A stretch of 64,000 nt of DNA from Acidobacteriota bacterium. Lineage in GTDB: Bacteria; Acidobacteriota; UBA890; WLXD01. The translations under genes were made by a program, and so were the position numbers. The notes beneath the pieces are model-generated. The model saw only the letters and a list, made by a program, of their open reading frames with translations, was not told the origin of the DNA and searched no databases. Below, in pieces: positions 59,919 to 64,000 of this stretch (position 1 is its first letter; each line of letters begins with the position of its first letter). Where the stretch lies: contig CAXWPL010000002.1 of the NCBI GenBank assembly GCA_963666215.2, positions 512,001-576,000 on the forward strand, given 5' to 3'.

Positions 59919-61454
59919 TTGACGACAGCGCGCCGACAGCGCTCGGTGCGCCTCACGGGCCTGTGCCTGGTTCTTGGGGTTGGGGTGTTCTTCGCTGCTT
60001 TGCGCTCCGAAGCTGGCGACGTTGCGCTCGGGCACCAGCAACCTCCGCGAACGATCGACGAGCGCTCCCGGCGCTCAGTGCCGCCGATGTTTGGGGGTAT
60101 CCAGGTCAACGAACCGGATCACGATCGTTGGGCGGCGGCGCTTCGCGACGATGGGCTGGACGCGGTCCAGGTGACGCTTTACGCCCGCCAGCAGGAATGG
60201 GACACCGGCGAGCTGCATTGGGATCGCGACGCGCCCTGGGTCGTCTCAGAGATCCGTGCGGCGCGGCGAGCGGGCTTGCGGACGATGTTGGTGATGCGTG
60301 TGGCCCTCGAGCATGGGCGGGCTGAGAACCGGCATCTCTGGCACGGGATGATTTGGCCGCGCGCCGAGGAATTGGAGGGCTGGTTCGCGAACTACCGCGA
60401 GTTTGTGCTCTGGGGGGCTGCGATTGCGGCGGCTGAGGGCGTCGACCTGTTTGTTCTGGGCAACGAGCTCAGCTCGATGACGTCGACAACGCGACTTCTG
60501 GAGCTTCCTGAGCTGTATGCCTACTACCTCGACCCCGAGCGCACCGGGCGCGTGCGTAGCGAGCTCGTACAATGCGCAGACCGCGTGCTGGCAGACGGTG
60601 CCGGGGCCGACCTGCTCCAGCTCGACGGCGGCCGCTACGCCGACCTCGACGAGATGCTGCTGGCGGAGGAGACGCGCCATCGGGAGTGGACGTCGACCGT
60701 CGTCAACGGCGGTGATGGACAGGTCGATCTGCGGGCGCTCAACGCCAGGCGTGCGGAGTATCAGCGTTTCTGGGTTGATCTCGCTGCCGAAGTGGGCGCC
60801 CATTTCCTCGGGCCTATTAGCTACGGTGCCAACTTCGATCAGTTCGAGGAGGTTGGCTTCTGGGATGTGCTCGACGCCGTGGCGCTCAATGCCTACTTCC
60901 CGTTGGGACTACTCAACCTCGAGAACAAAACCAGGAGCCAGGTGCTCGATCGTGCGCTCGAGAGGTCTTGGCTTGATGTTGTCGCGCGAGTCCGCGGGGT
61001 GGCCGGCGCCGATCCTCTGCCGGTGCTGTTCGTCGAGCTCGGTTGGACCCGCAAGCTCGGGGCGACGGTGCGACCCTATGCCTACTCTCGAGTCGAGGTC
61101 CTGGAGACCTATTCGGAGGTCGGGATGCCAGGGGAGTCGGACCTAGAAGGTGATGGCACGGGAGCTCGTCTCCCCTACCCGCTGACTTGCGTGCACTGGG
61201 CGACCCAGCCCGAGAGCCCAACGGAGCGTGTCGCGGCGATGCGGGCTCTCGAGCGCGTTGTGCTCGACGGGGCGTTCAACGAGTTGCGAGGGTTCTCATT
61301 GTGGAAACTGACGACCCGGCCGCAACACCGTGAGATCGAGCCTTTCGCCGTGGTGCTCGGCGAACCGGGCCCGGACGCCGCGTTGCTCGACTCCGCGACC
61401 AGCATCTCCGCGAGCGTGCGCGAGCGGTACGGCGGCTGGCATAATCCCCGCTAG
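59919..61454 (+). CDS. Glycoside hydrolase, GH113-like TIM barrel, exported
   Basis: LGNEL, SYGANFD, FWDVLDAVALNAYFPL, PVLFVELGW; N-terminal TM/signal; TTG start with GGAG. Confidence 0.75.
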   Translation: MTTARRQRSVRLTGLCLVLGVGVFFAALRSEAGDVALGHQQPPRTIDERSRRSVPPMFGGIQVNEPDHDRWAAALRDDGLDAVQVTLYARQQEWDTGELHWDRDAPWVVSEIRAARRAGLRTMLVMRVALEHGRAENRHLWHGMIWPRAEELEGWFANYREFVLWGAAIAAAEGVDLFVLGNELSSMTSTTRLLELPELYAYYLDPERTGRVRSELVQCADRVLADGAGADLLQLDGGRYADLDEMLLAEETRHREWTSTVVNGGDGQVDLRALNARRAEYQRFWVDLAAEVGAHFLGPISYGANFDQFEEVGFWDVLDAVALNAYFPLGLLNLENKTRSQVLDRALERSWLDVVARVRGVAGADPLPVLFVELGWTRKLGATVRPYAYSRVEVLETYSEVGMPGESDLEGDGTGARLPYPLTCVHWATQPESPTERVAAMRALERVVLDGAFNELRGFSLWKLTTRPQHREIEPFAVVLGEPGPDAALLDSATSISASVRERYGGWHNPR

Positions 61455-61507
61455 GCTGGTCGATCGCCTCCTCTTTCTGCTCCCAAGAACCACGATCGGG
61501 TCTCTCG

Positions 61508-62110
61508 ATGTCTGTGCAAACCCCTCCCGCCGCGCCGCGCTCCTCGCGCCCTCTCCGTTCTCCTCGGCCTCTGCGCGCTGACGCTGGAACCCGATCTGTC
61601 GGCCTCTGCGAGATTCTCATGGCGCTCGCCGGGGCTGGCGCCTTGCTGTCGCTAGTTGTGGCACCGGAGTCGACTGTCTTGGCCTCTCAGGATGCGACTG
61701 CTGCGGTCGACGGATCGAGGACCGTTGCTCCCGCACCGCCTGTTGTATGGCCGCCTGCGATTCAGGAGCAGGACGGATCGACTGGCGAGAGTGTCGACGC
61801 CGAGCTTCTCGAGAAGGGCCGCGAGTTGTACGCCAGCCAGTGCCTTCCTTGTCACGGACGCGAGGGGCAAGGAGACGGCCCCGCCGCCAGATTTCTCGAT
61901 CCAAAGCCACGCAACCTCACCGACGGCGATTGGCTGTACGCCGAGGGCGGTACGGTGGAGGCCATCGCAGGCGTGATCGCCGCAGGCATCGACGACACCA
62001 GCATGGAACCATTCGCAGAGCTCATGACGGAAGAGGAGATCATCGCGGTAGCCACCTTCGTGCGCGAGGTCATCGCGGCACCTGCGGCAACGGAAGGGAG
62101 CTCCCGCTGA
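61508..62110 (+). CDS. Monoheme c-type cytochrome, exported
   Basis: CLPCH, GDGPAA, PRNLT, distal Met (TSMEPF). Confidence 0.9.
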   Translation: MSVQTPPAAPRSSRPLRSPRPLRADAGTRSVGLCEILMALAGAGALLSLVVAPESTVLASQDATAAVDGSRTVAPAPPVVWPPAIQEQDGSTGESVDAELLEKGRELYASQCLPCHGREGQGDGPAARFLDPKPRNLTDGDWLYAEGGTVEAIAGVIAAGIDDTSMEPFAELMTEEEIIAVATFVREVIAAPAATEGSSR

Positions 62111-62153
62111 CCGCGATTGAAGCCACCGACAGACCGGCCGTGGCCGTTTGAGC

Positions 62154-62183
62154 TTGACAGCGCCGCTGTTTGGCTACAACAAT
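62154..62183 (+). promoter_or_regulatory. Putative promoter for rho
   Basis: Perfect TTGACA; weak -10 AACAAT at 18 nt spacing. Confidence 0.4.
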
Positions 62184-62397
62184 GATCGAGTTGCCAGGCG
62201 CGGTTCACCCGCCGCGGTCCGGTTGATGCGGATCGAAGGCAGGCGACAAACGCTCACCCTCGCGCGCCGGCATGCTCTCCCGTCGACCTCCTTTGTTGGT
62301 CGCGGAGCGTTTTCTCTCCCATGCGTGCCCTACGTCCGAGTTCGGCGATAGGTTGACTCGCGGCTCGCGCTAGCAACAACCAGGGATTTCATCATCG

Positions 62398-63831
62398 ATG
62401 AGCGAGCAGCAGCAGCGAAGGCGGCGTGGTCGGCGCCGGCCCCGCGGCGGCCGGGGACGAGGCCAGGCGCAGGGGCAAGGACGCCCGCAAGGAAATCGCC
62501 GCTCGAATCAGAAGTTCACACCGCCGGGCGAGGAAGACGCGGCGCTCGCGCTGCTGCTCAAGGACGCGCACCAGGTTGAGGATTTGATGGAGGCGCGCCC
62601 GGCTCGTCTTCTCGAGGTGGCGGCCGAGCTCGAGGTCGAAAACCCTACGGATCTGGCTCCGAACGAGCTCATCAGAGCGTGTCTCGAAGCACAGGCGCAC
62701 AAGTTCGACCTGGTGTATCGCGAGGGGGTCCTCGAAACGTTGCCGGACGGCTACGGCTTCATTCGCTCAGCAGAGCTCTCGTATCTGCCTGGCCCCGAAG
62801 ACACCTACGTCTCCCCCGCCCAGATTCGCCGGTTCGGGTTGCGCACCGGCGACACCATCACCGGCAGCATGCGGCGACCGAAGCCGGGCGAAAAGTACTT
62901 CGCGCTGGTGCAAACCGACGCGGTCAACGGCGACATGCCGAGCCTGGCCAAGGACCGGACGCTGTTCAAGAATCTGACGCCGCTGCATCCGGAGCGTCAG
63001 ATCATCATCGAGACAGCCGGCGACGAGTCGGCTGTGGGGCGCGTGGTCGACCTGTTGACCCCGTTAGGCTTCGGCCAGCGGGCCCTCATCGTGTCGCCGC
63101 CTCGCGCCGGCAAGACGATTCTGCTGCAAGCGATCGCGGCCGCTCTCGCTGAGAACCACCCTAACGTCAATCTCATCGTCCTGTTGATCGACGAGCGCCC
63201 GGAAGAAGTGACCGACATGCGCCGCAACGTCAAGGGCGAGGTGGTGTCCTCGACATTCGACGAGCCGGCGAGTCGACACACTCAGGTCGGTGAGATCGTG
63301 CTCGAGAAAGCCCGGCGCATGGTGGAGAGCGGTCAGGATGTCGTCATTCTGCTCGATTCCTTGACGCGTCTGGCGCGAGCTCACAACACGGTCACGCCCT
63401 CGTCAGGCCGTGTCATGACCGGCGGCGTGGATGCGAACGCCCTCGCCAAGCCCAAGAGGTTCTTCGGTTCGGCGCGCGCTGTGAAGGAGGGTGGCAGCCT
63501 GACGATCATCGCAACAGCCCTCATCGAAACCGGAAGCCGCATGGACGAGGTGATCTTCGAAGAGTTCAAGGGCACCGGCAACTCGGAGATCGTTCTCGAA
63601 CGCAAGCTGGCCGACAAGCGTATCTTCCCGGCCATCGAGCTCAACAAGTCGGGGACTCGCAAGGAAGAGCTCCTGGTCTCTCCGGAGGCACTGAAGGCCA
63701 TCTGGATGCTCCGCAAGGCGCTCTCTTCGGTGCCTGCCGACGAGGCGATGGAGTTGCTGCTCAAGCGCCTGCGGCAAACGAAGACGAACGCGGAGTTCCT
63801 GCAGTCACTGGCCGACAAGGGAATCAGCTAG
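62398..63831 (+). CDS. rho: Transcription termination factor Rho
   Basis: [52 protein letters not shown]. Confidence 0.98.
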   Translation: MSEQQQRRRRGRRRPRGGRGRGQAQGQGRPQGNRRSNQKFTPPGEEDAALALLLKDAHQVEDLMEARPARLLEVAAELEVENPTDLAPNELIRACLEAQAHKFDLVYREGVLETLPDGYGFIRSAELSYLPGPEDTYVSPAQIRRFGLRTGDTITGSMRRPKPGEKYFALVQTDAVNGDMPSLAKDRTLFKNLTPLHPERQIIIETAGDESAVGRVVDLLTPLGFGQRALIVSPPRAGKTILLQAIAAALAENHPNVNLIVLLIDERPEEVTDMRRNVKGEVVSSTFDEPASRHTQVGEIVLEKARRMVESGQDVVILLDSLTRLARAHNTVTPSSGRVMTGGVDANALAKPKRFFGSARAVKEGGSLTIIATALIETGSRMDEVIFEEFKGTGNSEIVLERKLADKRIFPAIELNKSGTRKEELLVSPEALKAIWMLRKALSSVPADEAMELLLKRLRQTKTNAEFLQSLADKGIS

Positions 63832-63898
63832 TTCTGCCAGCGGCGACAGCTTGGTCTGAGATCGGTCGGTATCGAGGGACAACAGCACGAGGCCCGAG

Positions 63899-64000
63899 AT
63901 GATCTGGGCGCTCGGATTTGCGGCGGCGGCCCTAATCGGCTGGGCGGTGATCGCCTACAACCGCTTCGTGGGCCTGCGGCAGCGCGCCGAGGGGGCCTGG
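63899..64000 (+). CDS. lemA: LemA family protein (3' truncated by window edge)
   Basis: MIWALGFAAAALIGWAVIAYNRFVGLRQRAEGAW: TM followed by the YNxxVxLR...AW signature. Confidence 0.8.
   Translation, partial: MIWALGFAAAALIGWAVIAYNRFVGLRQRAEGAW

Overview
GC-rich bacterial core-chromosome window. It is most consistent with Acidobacteriota (inference from the fused lptF-lptG and the ClpC N-terminus [22 protein letters not shown]). It is gene-dense and mostly on the + strand. Gene order: rpsA-ihfB, two acyl-CoA dehydrogenases, a two-subunit B12 acyl-CoA mutase, trxA, yceD-rpmF-plsX-fabD-fabG-acpP, lysS-lolC/E-lolD-clpC-bamA-lpxD-fabZ-lpxA-lpxI-Gfo/Idh/MocA, a five-gene accessory block, ruvX-mltG-ribH-nusB-leuS-lptE-holA, rpsT, murJ-dtd-xerD-cca-metK, lptFG, rnz, a symporter/racemase/ETF/M28 peptidase region, peptidoglycan hydrolases, a GH113-like protein, cytochrome c, rho and a partial lemA. 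I found no tRNA, rRNA, CRISPR array, transposase or phage gene. The most interesting signals are: (1) a structured leader behind a clear promoter upstream of metK that matches no SAM riboswitch class I can recall; (2) a mutase with isobutyryl-CoA-mutase specificity residues, preceded by an apparently non-catalytic plus catalytic ACAD pair, next to a fab cluster lacking fabH and fabF; (3) an uncharacterised small membrane protein/SSS symporter/Cys-racemase/M28 peptidase module; (4) in-frame loop insertions in many housekeeping proteins; (5) four frameshifts in three genes, which may be real lesions or assembly errors. All family assignments come from motif recognition by eye, not database searches.
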